Shown: piece by piece, positions 38,910 through 52,215 of the stretch
Numbering within the stretch: position 1 is the first letter of the stretch
Layout of the letters: each line of letters opens with the position of its first letter
Assembly (NCBI RefSeq): GCF_006345805.1
Contig: NC_043007.1
Span: 42,470,001 to 42,534,000 of the forward strand
Direction of reading: 5' to 3'
Origin: Octopus sinensis
Lineage: Eukaryota
DNA length: 64,000 nt
The notes under the pieces: generated by a model
What the model saw: the letters and a program-made list of their open reading frames with translations, nothing else
Database searches by the model: none
What the model was told of the DNA's origin: nothing
Program-made: the position numbers and the translations under genes

Positions 38910-39250
38910 CTAGCAGTATCGCCTGGCATTGCTCGGGTTTGTTTCAACCCTTTAGAATTGGAATTTTTGGAAAGTAAAAATTTTGCATTATGTAGCTTGT
39001 TTTTCTCTTTAAGTCAACATTTTTCTGGTTGAAATACACCGAAAAATGACAACACAGCAGTAAAAAAATTTTTAAAATAGGGATTTTCATAGAAAAAAAG
39101 CACCTTTTTGATGTAAATAATTTTTGGTGTTAACATGGTCCGATTTGAATTTTGGTCAACTTGTGCCGCAGGGTCTCGGAGGAGATAGTGTTAGTTGAAG
39201 GCTGTTAAACCTGCCATACACAGACAGCTTCAGCTTTATATAAAGAGAGA
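38910..39250 (-). mobile_element. Non-autonomous Helitron
   Basis: On -: A|TCTCTCTTTATAT...subterminal GC hairpin (cccgagcaatgccaggcg)...CTAG|T, inserted in an AT site. Confidence 0.85.
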
Positions 39251-39769
39251 TTAAATTGTATCTATATCTGTTAAATAGGAAAAAAGGTTCTTTACTTTTC
39301 TTCGTTTAATTTTTATCCAACAACCTTATACTGTATATATGGTGCAGTATGATATATTTTAAGAAGTTTAAATGGATTAATAAATATCAAACAAACCCTG
39401 TTTTAGACATGTATTAATTTGAATCCGTTAAATACAATTTAGTTCATTATTTTTCAAAGTTTATTTTATATTCTAAGTATATATGTAAAAGCTGCCTCCA
39501 GATTCCAGAAAATCCAGGTCACTTCCGGTCCCAAGCTTGATGGATATTTGGTTCGATATTGTATTTGGTTTCATTGAAGGATTTGAACTTGGACTATAAA
39601 GTATTTTGTTCAAAAACGAGGTATTTTGTTCAAAGGGACACTCTAAATCAGCAATCAAACTACTGTCCACTTCTCCATGATAGCATGGGTTAGAATATAA
39701 AGAGCTGAAATAAATACTGCAGGGTTCTAAAAATTCTGTCAACGCACTTCTCTTTCTATAGTAGCAGAA

Positions 39770-40300
39770 GTAGTTCTTTCTACTACAGGTACAAGGGCCT
39801 GAAATTTTGGCGGAGGAGGCTAGTTGATTACATCAACCCCTTACACTCGACTGGTAATTTCATTGACCCCAAAAGAATGAAAGGCTAAGCATTTTGTTTG
39901 GTGTATTAATGATACTACCACCTTAGTAGTAGTAGAAATTTTAAATTTTGGCACAAGGTCAGCAATTTTAGCCAGAGGGAGCAAATCTATTGCATCAACT
40001 TAGTATCTGTCTGGTACATATTTTATCAACCCCAAAAGAATGAAAGGCAAAGTTGACCTCAGCTGCATTTGAACCCAGAATATAAAGAGCCAGAAGAAAT
40101 ACAGCTAAGTATTTTGTCTGGCAATGCTAATGATTCTGCCAGCTCATCACCTCAATAATAAGCCCAATTTTTAGTGATAACTTCCCAAGAGAGGATAATG
40201 CATAAGCTAACTTACTAATGGAGTGACAATAATATGATTCTTTCCAAAATAGGCACAAGGCCTGAAATTTGGGGGGAGGGAGCCAGTTAATTACATTAAT
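39770..40300 (-). mobile_element. Cluster of Meta-type SINE fragments
   Basis: Repeated ggcacaaggcctgaaattt..gattacatcaaccc..aaaagaatgaaaggc blocks. Confidence 0.75.
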
Positions 40301-43300
40301 TACAATGGATCATTGGGGATATCTAATGCAAAGGTTTTAAAAAATGATTTAACATACATAGGAACAAATGATATAAACTTGTTTGGAAATAGACTGGAAG
40401 GAGCTCTAAACACAACACCAGCAGTCATCCATTTAACTATACACACACAAACACTATATATATATATATATATAATATTGTAGATATGTGTATATCTTTT
40501 GGTGAAGAATATAAACATTGAGAAAAGTAAAAATTTGTTGCATTAAAAAAAAAAGCCCCTTACATAATTTGTTTTCTACAGTGTTGCAGTTCACAAGTTG
40601 TTGTTCAGCTCTTGATCAGCTTTAATTGAGAAGTAAACTTAATCTATTTAAAATAGTCATGAGCAAACTGCAGCCTATAGGATTTTCTGAATGGCACACC
40701 AACAAAATATAATTACCTTTAATTTTTTTTTAATAGTGTGGCCCACATGATGATGAGCCATGTCTCATGCAGCCTGCTTCTCGTAAAAGGTATCCCATGC
40801 CTAAGTTAAGAACGTCTCAGCCTTATCTTACATTGTTGCAAGTATTTAAGTTAGATCTCTCATCTATGGATAACTTCTTTCCTTCCTCAAAGTCCTTGAA
40901 AAGGTTCAAAGTGCTGTTGTTCTTGCGGTGACTTATAATTGAAAGTGTTCTGTCTATAAAAATCCTATCTTTCTTTCATACAGTATAGCTAGGACTACAT
41001 TATCCAATATGTTCATTTTCACTGTTTTTTCAGCTGATAGGGTATAATTTGAAGGAGATGTTACTACTATTTCTAGCATGCAGTGTGATACAGAGGACTT
41101 TTTCATTGGTCTGTTTTGATATATGTCTGTAACATAGGTGCAATTTCTAGTTGAAACAGTTTATTTTCCCCTTACCTCTTGACTTCTGGATATAGATAAT
41201 ATCTACAGAGATTATTGTCTATATCCAGCTGCAACTGGCTGGCTTGTTCTCATTCAACAAGAACTAAGTTTATTTCCCTACGTGAAAAACTCATGTCTCA
41301 ACAGTTTTTCAACTAGGAAAAAATGTTCTTATATAGCATAACATCAAACAGAGGTGATGGATAAAAAGAAAACAAGTTTGAATAAAGTATTCTTGACATT
41401 AAAAATATTTCACAAGGATTGCCAAATTTCTCTTAGAAAATTGTTCTTTGTAGCAATGTTGGTAGAATGTTCTGAAGTTCTGAAGTCATACTGATAATGC
41501 ATGAGCACCTGATGGAGATTGAGCTTTTTTTTTTTTTTTCAATTAAAAAGATTTAAAGTGTAGCCAACAAAAACCGTTTTATTAAAACAAATTTTACAGA
41601 TGAAAAAAAAACATGTTTTGGGGGAGTTTTAAAAAATTTTTCTTCCTCCCAATGAAAGAAAGAATAATAACTTAAATCTGATTATTATTGAAGTTTTCAA
41701 ATCTGTTTTGAATAAATTTTAAACTGCTCTCTGCCCTGACTGTTTTTGCCTTCCCCAAACTGATCTCTGCCCAGACCATCTTGCCTTGCCCAAAGCTAAG
41801 TTCAGATGAATGAGAAAGTGAGCTCAATAGGAACATAGAGTTTTTTTTTTATTGTTCTAATCAACCAATCAATATAGATGAGTAGAAAGCCTAAAGCTAA
41901 TGTTTCCTTGCGTAGAGAAAAGACTGCTGCTTCTACTTACTGGCATTAATCATTGAAATGAAGAAAATCCATAAAGGCACTTGATGACCATGGGGGAGGA
42001 GAAGTTCACTCTCTATTTAGAATTTCAACCAAATCCTATAAACAAGCTATATACATCCACTCTTATATTATTTGGCTTTGAAATAAAGACTGGCATGCCA
42101 ATAAATAGCAAGCTTTATTTATTTTTTTTTTTTTTTTTTTTTTTTTTTGTCAATTGCAAAGCTTATTTAGAATTTCTTGTTTGAGAAAGCCAAACACACA
42201 TGCACACACATAAAATACAGACACACACATGAATTAATGTTTACATGTGTTGATTTCAATACTTGTATACATACACATACTTGCATGCATACATACACAC
42301 CAATGATCACTGGGAGATTAAAAGTCTTGGCTTTTCAATAGCTACATCATGATTCTATATAATAACCAATACTGATGGTAGACTACAGCAGAAAATATAA
42401 ATATATGTCTCTCTCTAAACAGTCACACTGCCCAATCTGATAGCTAAGAGGCTAAAAGTGATAAAATGGTTTTCAAAATCAGAGACTGAAACAAAGGGAT
42501 GCATGTGTGAGGACAAGGGAAAGAGAGAGTGGATAGTGTTTAAAGCTGATTTAATAAAAACCAAGACATCAAGAAACTTGAAGGCATTCAGAAATCTGAG
42601 TCAGGTTGTAGAAACAATGCATATTCAATAACAGCCAAGTTTTTTCTTTCTTTTTTGTTTTTAGAAACAACTCATATATAAACAACATGACTGGAATCAA
42701 AGTAATGATATTAACCCTATTAACACCAATCCACTTGAGACCATCCATACTAAAATAACCATATTAAAACTGAAATCTCAATCCAAGTTTTATAATTTGA
42801 ATATAAGGAAATTTGAGTTGGTCAACATTAGCATAACATATAACAATATATAATGTTGCCGAGGTTACTTAAACTCCTCCAAAATTTTGATTATACTGAA
42901 AATCAGATTGAAGCACAAGTAATCTGTTCATTAAAATGAAAGAGTTATCAGAAAGAAAGGATATTTATAAAAGCAAGAAGAAAATCAATCAACATAATTA
43001 TTCTTTCTAATGCTTTTTACCAATTCTCACTAGGCACAAAAGCCCTATATTTTAGGGATGGTTAGATGACAATTAAGAATCAAAACCAAACTAGGTTTGC
43101 AGACTAAGTTTACTGGAAATTTACCTCTTTACTTTAAGGGGTTTGTCACTTGATTTCTTTTAACTGTACGCAAAGGCAATTTTTGTAGAGCAAGGGACTT
43201 GGTCAACTGAACTGAGGCAAAAGTGACCATAGGTGGAATATAAAGCTAGAACAATGACACACAATATTAAATAAAGCTTGTTGCTCTTGTTAGGCTGGAC

Positions 43301-44563
43301 AATTTCCACTGTTGAGGGGTATGGAGTTTGGTGACATCACTAGTGCTGGTAGCACAACAAAAACACCAGTACATGCTGTAAAGTGGTTGATATTAGGAAG
43401 GGCATCAAGCCATAGAAACCAGGCCAAGGCAGACACTGGAGCACAATACAGTCCTTGGACCTATTGGATCCTATCAAACTATCCAACACATGAATTTCTA
43501 AAGATGATGAAAAAGGAGAGATATGTAAATTTCAACACTCAGTATTTTATAAGGAAAGGAAAAGAATAATTAGAACAGGCATAAGAATGAAGCAGTTCAA
43601 ACCAGGAATCAAGACTTGATCATGAATTTGATTTCACAATAAACATACAATAACATGATCACCATTATCATCATCATCATTTAATTCAACAGGTTTTCCT
43701 TTTTCAAGCTGACATGGTGTTACAACATTGAATGTCCTGCAACGAGGCAATAGTGTATAGTGTAATTCTGGAATTGTCATACGCCTTGTCTAATACTAAC
43801 CATAGCCAACAGAGTGTCCTGTAAACACATTTGAATGTTGTGACACCACTGTTTTAGATCATATCTTTGTATAGTGTATCAAAGAAGCAAGCAAATCAGA
43901 CTAAAGAATGCAATTTATTCTCTCCTTCTTTCTTGAATCTATAACCATAAGACAGTTTGAACTCAGTATTTTTTTGTGCTCCTGCTGTTTGTAGAAGTAA
44001 GCTGTACCACCTCAAATCACACATTTATGGCTAGGTTCCTTGAATATTAAGAGATGAATATATTTGCCATAAACAACATAGAGTGATATCACAACAAAAA
44101 TGGGATGGTCTTTATCCAAACGCTTTTAATCGTAGGTCTGCTCATTCTGATTGAACCTGGAGTTAAATAACAATGACTATTAACTCTTTTTTCAACAAGT
44201 ATTTTAACATTCTATTGACTCAGTTCAATGTAATTCATGACAATTATGACCTAAATCTATATCTAATCTGTTGAAGATTTAGTTTCAATAGAATAATAAA
44301 GATATATTAATAGCAAAAGACTACACAGATATGTAGGGTAAGAGGTATAGTCAACCGAGTCGAGCAACTATATAACTTAGTTGGATCTGGAGGGAAGAAA
44401 GGAAAGGTTGAAACCCACCCTATGAGATTTGTACACAGAATGTAGAGGGATGAGACCAAATACAGCAAGGCATTTAGTCCAGCACTCTACCATTTCTGCT
44501 TCTCCACTACATTTTTATGCCATTAAAAATATAATTTAGAAACAATTCTGATTCATAACATAC

Positions 44564-44744
44564 ATTTCCACTGTTGAGGGGTATGGAGTTTGGTGACATC
44601 ACTAGTGCTGGTAGCACAACAAAAACACCAGTACATGCTCTTTACTTTAAGGGGTTTGTCACTTGATTTCTTTTAACTGTACGCAAAGGCAATTTTTGTA
44701 GAGCAAGGGACTTGGTCAACTGAACTGAGGCAAAAGTGACCATA
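44564..44744 (+). repeat. Templated insertion copying 43302-43377 then 43125-43231
   Basis: Exact copies in swapped order; catacattt on both sides. Confidence 0.9.
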
Positions 44745-45564
44745 CATTTTTCAATGTATAAGAAGCTGATGTGATGTAAGCCTTGATTAATGAATTTTTC
44801 ATTTCTCATTTTTAAAGTGAAATATACCATTTCTTTTGTCATTCAGCACTGATATTATTATTCTTGTCAAACCCGAGGCTTTTTTTTTTTCCAAAATTAC
44901 ATGCCACCTATATTTGTGGGATAAGTTATTGCTTGAAGTAGTTTAAGGTTTGTTGTAGACTGACAAATACAAAAGCCAACATAACTAACATTCGAGAAAA
45001 CCCAACAAAGTACAACATATTCTTTTTTCCAATTCTTAAAAATGAACCAACAATGAATTAGGAATGTTTGGGGTTGCAATAAAACAAGAAATAGTCATGT
45101 CCCTGCATTGCAATTCAGTTATGATACTATGAGTATGACTTGAAGAATGACTACAAAAAAAAATGAGAGAGAGAGAAAAACACTGTGTATTTCTAAAATT
45201 AAAAAAGAAATGAGGCAATTTAAAGACTCAATTTCAACTAGTTACATTTTAAAATTTTTTAAGAAAATAATTAAAAAACAGAATTCTATAAAAAATGTCT
45301 GGAAATCCCTCCTAAATATGAAGTATAGAGTAAATATTCTTTGTCACGTAATATGAATGTAATAGTTACCTGACTATAAATCATGAAACAATAAAAAATA
45401 TCCATGTCACATTCAGTGGATCAATAACAGATTGCCTTTCTGAAATAAATCTCAACATCCCATCAGTTATTCTCATATTTCATCATCTTTACAGAATACA
45501 CATACTAAACATATGCTAAGGTAGCTCAATACACAATATACATAACATTAAGGAAGCCTTTTCT

Positions 45565-45830
45565 GTTTACTTTACAGAGTGATAAGGAGTTCTGTTAAAA
45601 CAGATTTATAAGATATACTGCAAACTATACTTTTCAATATAGTTTACAAAGTAATTAAATGCCATATAAGTATAATGCTTGGGTTCATGATGCAAGGAAG
45701 AGGCATTCCAGAACAATTTACAGAACAGTAAGGAGCTGTTTCAATATAGTTTGTAAAGTTATAAAGGGGCCATATCACTTCAGTTTATAGAGTAATATGG
45801 CATTTTTAAGTATAGTAATAATAAGGGGCA
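45565..45830. repeat. Degenerate ~30-bp minisatellite (agtttacagagtaataagg-like)
   Basis: Recurring tttacagag/agtttacaaagtaat/tttcaatatagttt units. Confidence 0.5.
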
Positions 45831-46257
45831 GTTTTCTTTTGAAAACATCCAGATATTTTTATAGACAAAATTGAAATGTGGATAAGCAAGACAAATTATA
45901 AAGAATAAAAGCTATGAGCCCATGGTCAGGTTAGGGTTAAAATGAAGGTAAGGGTTACAGATAAATATCCCCTTTACTTCAACAACTGACCTTCTAAGAA
46001 CAAACCTTAAAAACTCACAATAAGATTAGACTTAATTGTTCAAAAATTTTAGCAACTATGTCTCAAACTAGCATGTGTAAAATATTGATATTAATTATCA
46101 TTTTTCATTAGAATTATTAATTATTTTCAATAATATAACAAACAGAATTAAATTAAACATGAAGCCGCTAAACCAAGAGTATCTCTATATAACATTAAAG
46201 CATAAAGTTCCGAAAACCTAGCAAAAGATAAAACAACAGCTTCTGATATAAGGCTCA

Positions 46258-46439
46258 AGGTAGTGCTACTTTAGTGTGTGGTCTACCACAATATCCAAAG
46301 TTTACATTGTAAAATGAACTGATTTAGGTCAGGGTTTAGGGTTAGGTTAGGGTTTAAGGCTAGGATTAGGTTAGGGTTAGGGTTAGACTGCATGCTTTAG
46401 TGTAAATGGCCAGGTAAACTGCACACTAAAGTGATACCT
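46258..46439. mobile_element. MITE containing a (TTAGGG)n array
   Basis: Inverted repeats aggtagtgctactttagtgtgtggtctacc / ggtaaactgcacactaaagtgatacct around degenerate TTAGGG repeats at 46324-46386. Confidence 0.7.
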
Positions 46440-47740
46440 AGAAGGCTTTATCAAAAAGAGGAAGAAAATGATATGCTTGAAGTTAATAGGTATTAGTGAA
46501 ATAGCTAAAGTTGGGAATCAAAACTGGGCTGTAGATTAGACTCAGTTCAACTTAGCATGCCTTGCACTCAACAGCTCTGACCCCCCCCCCCACACACACA
46601 ATTCATACAATTCTTAATCTAGAATAAGATTATGCAAAAAGATTTGAAAGAGAAAATAAGAAAAAAATACTATTTTACAGCCATTGCAAAATTACTTGGT
46701 TTGAGCTTGCTATTTAACAAGGAAATGTTTTTCTTATTTTGAAGGCAGTGATGGGGAAGAACTTGGTTATATATTTCTATATAGTTTTTTTTCTTTTTTC
46801 CTTTACTAACAGAATTAAAAAGATTATAATTCGCTTTCTTTCTTTCTTTCTTTTTTTTTTTTTTTTCAAAACTAGCTTAAGTCTTAATTCCTTGTAAGCC
46901 ATCAACAACAAAACCAACAAGTCGTTCCCTTAATTCAGGACAAGAAATGAAAATGACAAAAGTCTGCAGGAAATTAGGTGATCAAGAGTCAAAAACATAC
47001 AGCAGATTAAGTAGTGGCAAAATATAGCCAAACCCACAACAGATAAAACCAACTAAAATACTTTAAAAAAATTAATATATTTAATCATATATGGAAAGGA
47101 ATCACTTCTGGCTCCCAGTATATGATATATATACATACACACACATTTCACTCACACACACACACACATATATATATATACACACACATATGTTTCCTTT
47201 GCCTTGCCTTGGGCCCTCAACTCTTTGGTGGAGTCTCAGGGACACTATCATGATACAGTGTGTCCTGGGCATTTTTAGATTTTGTGGAACCCGTTCCTTT
47301 CCAGATCTGACTACAACTAGTTTCTTCAAGAAAGAGGGACAAACAGACAGAAAGAGTCAACCCCAAATCCGAAAGGATAAAAGATAAAGCTGACCTCAGC
47401 AAGATTTGAACTCAGAGCAAAAAGGATTACACAAGCAATCTAATCAATGCTCTAATGACTCAACCAATTTTTTTTTATAAATGCACGCATGCACACACAC
47501 ACACAAAATGACAAATTAATTGTCGTTTAATTTAGCTTTAATAGAATACATATTTCAAAACTGAATTTTTATCCATTCTTTCAAACACTGCACCAAACAA
47601 TCAATCAAATAAAGATAACATTTCTTCAAACAACATATTGCAATTGGGAATCCTTCATACATGCCTTTATAGTAACAGCTGCATCTAAATATACACTTAA
47701 CATATACAGCTATATCTAAAGTATGCTTAACATGCTGCCC

Positions 47741-47786
<46 letters not shown>

Positions 47787-48010
47787 TACAAAGATTTGTA
47801 TTCTACCCCATTCTCATCTACAAAGCCAAGCAATAAACAGAAGTATTTCTCTGTGAAATTCCACTTCCACCATGACATGTCAACAGTGACTTATATTTAC
47901 TTTTATAGAACAGAAAGAATGTCCACAGGGTCATCTCACTTGAAAATTTCTTCCACTCCCTAAACCATTCAGAACAATATCTTATACCAATCACATCCTA
48001 CTGTTAGCCC

Positions 48011-48067
<57 letters not shown>

Positions 48068-48590
48068 CAAAAACTGTCTTCCCTCTTCTTCTTTCATTTA
48101 CCTATTAAAAATAAAGCATAAAAGGAATGTATCCAGACCAGAATTAACTTCCCAATACCATTTTAGTTTTTTTTATTCAGTTTCTTTCAAGGATTTTGGT
48201 ATTTTTTTTCCTTATCTACAAGATTTATCAAAGTTTCATTGCTCAACATATCAGCAAGAGAAAGAAGTTCAATAAGGAAGCCTTCAACCTTTGAGGTTAA
48301 TCCCTCACACTCTTTTCAAAGGTTCTTCCCCTCCCCTACGAACTGGTTAAATTTTCAATGAAACAAACTTTTAACAGAAAAGTACTTTCAGCCTGGTTGT
48401 ACAAGAGAAATAAACACCAAATCAACATTGATATATCTCAGTTGCCTTAAACCGCAGAAACTACCAACGGTTTGTCGAGAAGAAGGTGTGTCATTATACA
48501 AGACCCTACCTCCATTTTCTGTGCTGCTTTTGTTTTCTTCTTGTTTTGTTATTTTTCTTTTATTGTTTGGGTCTTTTTTTTTTGTTGCTT

Positions 48591-48817
48591 TTAGTTAGTC
48601 TGACGTACTGGAAACATCAAAACTTTAGCGTGCATGAAAGACAAATCAGGAAGAGTCTGCAGTATTACAGTAGCTTCCTGACTCAAGTGCTCATCTGATG
48701 TGTGTCCTCTCTTCACGGTCGTCGACTTGGTGTTGGCTAACATGTCCTCAAGGGGCTGCATTGGCTTGAAAGAAGGTAATGGCTTCAAAGGGCCACCTAG
48801 CAGTTCGGACTCAAACA
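48591..48817 (-). CDS. AFTPH: Aftiphilin terminal coding exon (V-FESELLGG...EHLSQEATVILQTLPDLSFMHAKVLMFPVRQTN*)
   Basis: Pyrimidine-rich acceptor cttttag|TG, phase 1. EHLS.EA..V...LPDL.FMHAKVLMFP is the recalled aftiphilin C-terminal signature. Confidence 0.92.
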
Positions 48818-49399
48818 CTAAAAAGACAAGAGAAAATGAGAAGAAAAGCATTTTTTTTTTATTCATATAATTGTCAACTATAAAAATGGAGTGAATTCTA
48901 AATGCATCCATTACACAATTTACTCAAGTTGTTATAGATGAGCAGGCAACATGCAGGTTCAAGTTCAACAGAAGCACAATCTAGACAAACTGATGATTGA
49001 GCAAATAGCTGAGTGTTTAATTCAAACAATTTACCAAAACATTCCCGATTGTCATTAGTTTATGATAATACAACAGAACAAATGTCACCACTAGTACAGG
49101 ACCCAGTATTGAGAGGATTCCTAAGAAACAAAATGAGTATATTGCAGAACAAACAATTAGAAATACATTGGCCGAATCACTGAAGTGATATTTAATTACA
49201 GCTTTTTACATCCTGAGTTCAAATACCAGGGGTTAAAAAAACAAGTACCAGTCAATTACTGGAGATGTACATCACTATTCAGTAACAAGAAGATGCCAAA
49301 TAGCATTTATCTATGGAAGTTTACAGGTACTGTATTTGAAAGAATATACAACATAGGCACTCATTTGTATTATGTTGTCTGTAAAAAAAAAGCTACTGA

Positions 49400-49620
49400 T
49401 CTGTTACAGTGTTCAGAAACAACTACATACAGCAGTTGATGTGTTGCAGTGGACAGCAACAGCTATATACTGCAGTAGACATAATCAACTGCAAACTGCA
49501 GTTGATGTACTGCAGTAAGCACCTAAAGCTAAATACTGCAGCCAATGTGTTGCAGTGGATACTGCTGCTGATGTGTTGCAAGTAATATGCTATTACAGTT
49601 AAAATGCTGCAATGGACATG
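49400..49620. repeat. Degenerate minisatellite (gcagttgatgt(g/a)(t/c)tgcagtggac-like units)
   Basis: About 8 recurring tgcag-centred units. Confidence 0.65.
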
Positions 49621-49740
49621 TGGTAGTTAGTGTTTCCCTAGCTCTCACCCACAACTCATGCTAACAGTATTAACAATGTGAGTGAAAAAAGACCAATAAA
49701 TAGAGAATGAAAATCTGGGTGCTAGTCTAATCTGTGCAGA

Positions 49741-49792
<52 letters not shown>

Positions 49793-49795
<3 letters not shown>

Positions 49796-50352
49796 GCCCT
49801 GATGCAGTACCAGGCAGTGGCTCTTATGGCTTCTGATCTTAACTGATTGGAAGTGTTATCATGTACATTGTTTTGTCTTGGTATAAAAGATGGGCTACAG
49901 CAAATATTCTGCTCAATACCACAGATTTGCTTGTCAGTTGTTTGACCTTAACCAGTTGAGCATGTCCCTTAGTGGCTGATGATATGTGCATCTCTGATCA
50001 CGAGCAGAAGTAGTGGGGGAGCATCATAGCCATGTGTTGAGAAGGATTCTTTGGGGTTTGAATAATTCACCTCTGGAAACATGGGTGTTTCGTTCAACGT
50101 CCTTAAACAACCCTTATTCAGGGACCTTTTGAGCGGGATGGGTTACTCGATCTGAAGAAAATTCTAACTGGGCTCCACCTGCAAGGTCATGTGCTGTTTA
50201 TCTTGATATGAGATCACCATGTCGCGCACATATGGTTGTGATGCATGTGCCTGGTGTACCCTTATGAGATGGGTGGTCATGATGGGTATACTGGGCTTCG
50301 TATATTTTACCCCAGTGTCAATTTGATGGCATGCTCTGCTCACTCACTCAAT
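49793..50352. mobile_element. ~560-bp non-autonomous element bounded by (AAT)n; second copy at 51840-52623
   Basis: Two similar copies aatgccctgatgca..tcactcaataataat, both embedded in AAT repeats. Confidence 0.8.
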
Positions 50353-50386
50353 AATAATAATAACAACAACAATAACAATAACAATG

Positions 50387-50429
<43 letters not shown>

Positions 50430-50430
<1 letters not shown>

Positions 50431-51590
50431 CCTAAGTGCACAAGGCCTGAAATTTGGGGGGAAGGGGATTAGTCAATTATATTGATCCCAGTATTCCACT
50501 GGTACTTAATTTATTGACTCCAAAAGGATGAAAGGCAAAGTCGACTTCAGCAGAATTTGAATTCAGAACGTAAAGATGAAATGAAAGATGTTGGATGAAA
50601 TGCTTCTAAGCATTTCATCCAACATGCTAAAACTTTGCCAGTTTGCTGCCTGTATAATAATTCTTTCTACTAGAGAAATTTCTACCCCTGAAATTTTGGG
50701 GGGAGGGAACAATTTGATTACATCAACTCCAGTGCTCGACTGATAATCATTTTACTAACCTCAAGATGAAATGCCACTAAGGAAGTGGGTAAGTCAATTA
50801 CATTGACCTCAGTGCTCAACTGATACTTATTTTATCAACCCTGAAAGGATGAAAAGCAAAGTCAACCTCACCGGAATTTGAACTCAGAGAATAAAGACAG
50901 ACAAAATGCTACTTTTGCCTGGCAAGGAAATGATTCTGCTCGTTCACCACCTTAATAATAATAATAATAATAATAATGATGATGATAATAATAATGATCC
51001 TTTCTACTATAGACACACAGCTTGAAATTTTGGAAGAGAGGTCAGTCAATTACATTGACCCCAGTAATTATTTTATTGACCCTGAAAGGATGGAAGACAA
51101 AAATAAACTTAGTGGAATTTGAACTCAGAACATAAATAACCAGAAGAAATGCTTCTAAGCATTTCATCCAACATGCTAAGAACTTTGCCAGTTTGCTGCC
51201 TGTATAATAATTCTTTCTACTAGAGGTATTTATACCCCTGAAATTTTGAGGGGAGGGAATAATTTGATTACATCAACTCCAGTGCTCAACTGATAATCAT
51301 TTTACCAACCTCAAAAGGATGAAAGGCAAAGTCAACCTTGGCAGCATTTGAACTCAGAATGTAAGAAACATAAAGAGCTGAATAATAATGGTTTTAAATT
51401 TTGGTACGGGGCCAGCAATTTTAGGGGAGCAAGTAAGTTAATTGTATTGACCCAAGTAGTTTATTTATCAACCCCAAAAGGATGAATGGCAAAGTTGATC
51501 TCTGAGTCCAAATTCTGCTGAGATAGATCAACTTTGCCTTTCATCCTTACAGGGTTCATAAAATAAGTACCAGCTGAGCAGTAAGTTAAT
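50430..51590 (-). mobile_element. Head-to-tail pile-up of about 5 Meta-type SINEs with a local duplication
   Basis: Repeated aaaggatgaaaggcaaagtc..tttgaactcag blocks; 50597-50764 is nearly identical to 51146-51314. Confidence 0.85.
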
Positions 51591-51995
51591 GTAGTAGTAG
51601 TAGTAGTAGTAGTAATAATGATAATTTTCCTATTTAAAAATTTTTCCTTCTTTCCTTTTTTTCTTTCTTCCCCTTTTTTTCTACTACATGACTTTTAAAT
51701 GAACAACTTGGTGCATTTATTCTCATGGCCTACCAATGTATACAATGAGTTTCTTTGCCATAGGTGTCAGGAAGACACTTGGCAAGAAATGGAAACAAAA
51801 TTGAAAGAAGAGGATAATGAGAGTAATGATAATAATAATAAATGCCCTGATGCAATACCAGGCACTGGCTCTCATGGCTACTGATCTTAACTAATTGGAA
51901 GTATTATCATGTACATGTTTTGTCTTGGTATAAAAGATGGGCTACAGCAAATATTCTTAGTACCACAGATTTGCTTGTCATATGTTTGACCTTAA

Positions 51996-52215
51996 CCCTT
52001 TGGTGTTCAGATTACTCTGTTAAATGTAATACTTTTTCACTCAAATTGTTTTGAATTAATCATGCATTATCTTCTAGCTTTGAGGTTTCAGTGATGTGAT
52101 TGTTTATTTTTAGCATGGCATTGTAGGTTAGGTGTAAGAGACTAGATATTGCCAGTGTGAATATAAAATATTTAGAATATTTGGGCCAGATATGGCCAGT
52201 TTAAACACCAAAGGG
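51996..52215. mobile_element. piggyBac-like MITE nested in the second AAT-bounded element
   Basis: TTAA|CCCTTTGGTGTT...AACACCAAAGGG|TTAA; the sister copy shows the empty TTAA site (gaccttaaccag, ~49944-49955). Confidence 0.9.

Noticed and set aside
46324-46386. True telomere or chromosome-fusion scar
   Set aside because: Short, degenerate and enclosed by MITE-like inverted repeats.
49400-49620. CRISPR-like array
   Set aside because: Eukaryotic context, degenerate units, no unique spacers and no cas genes.
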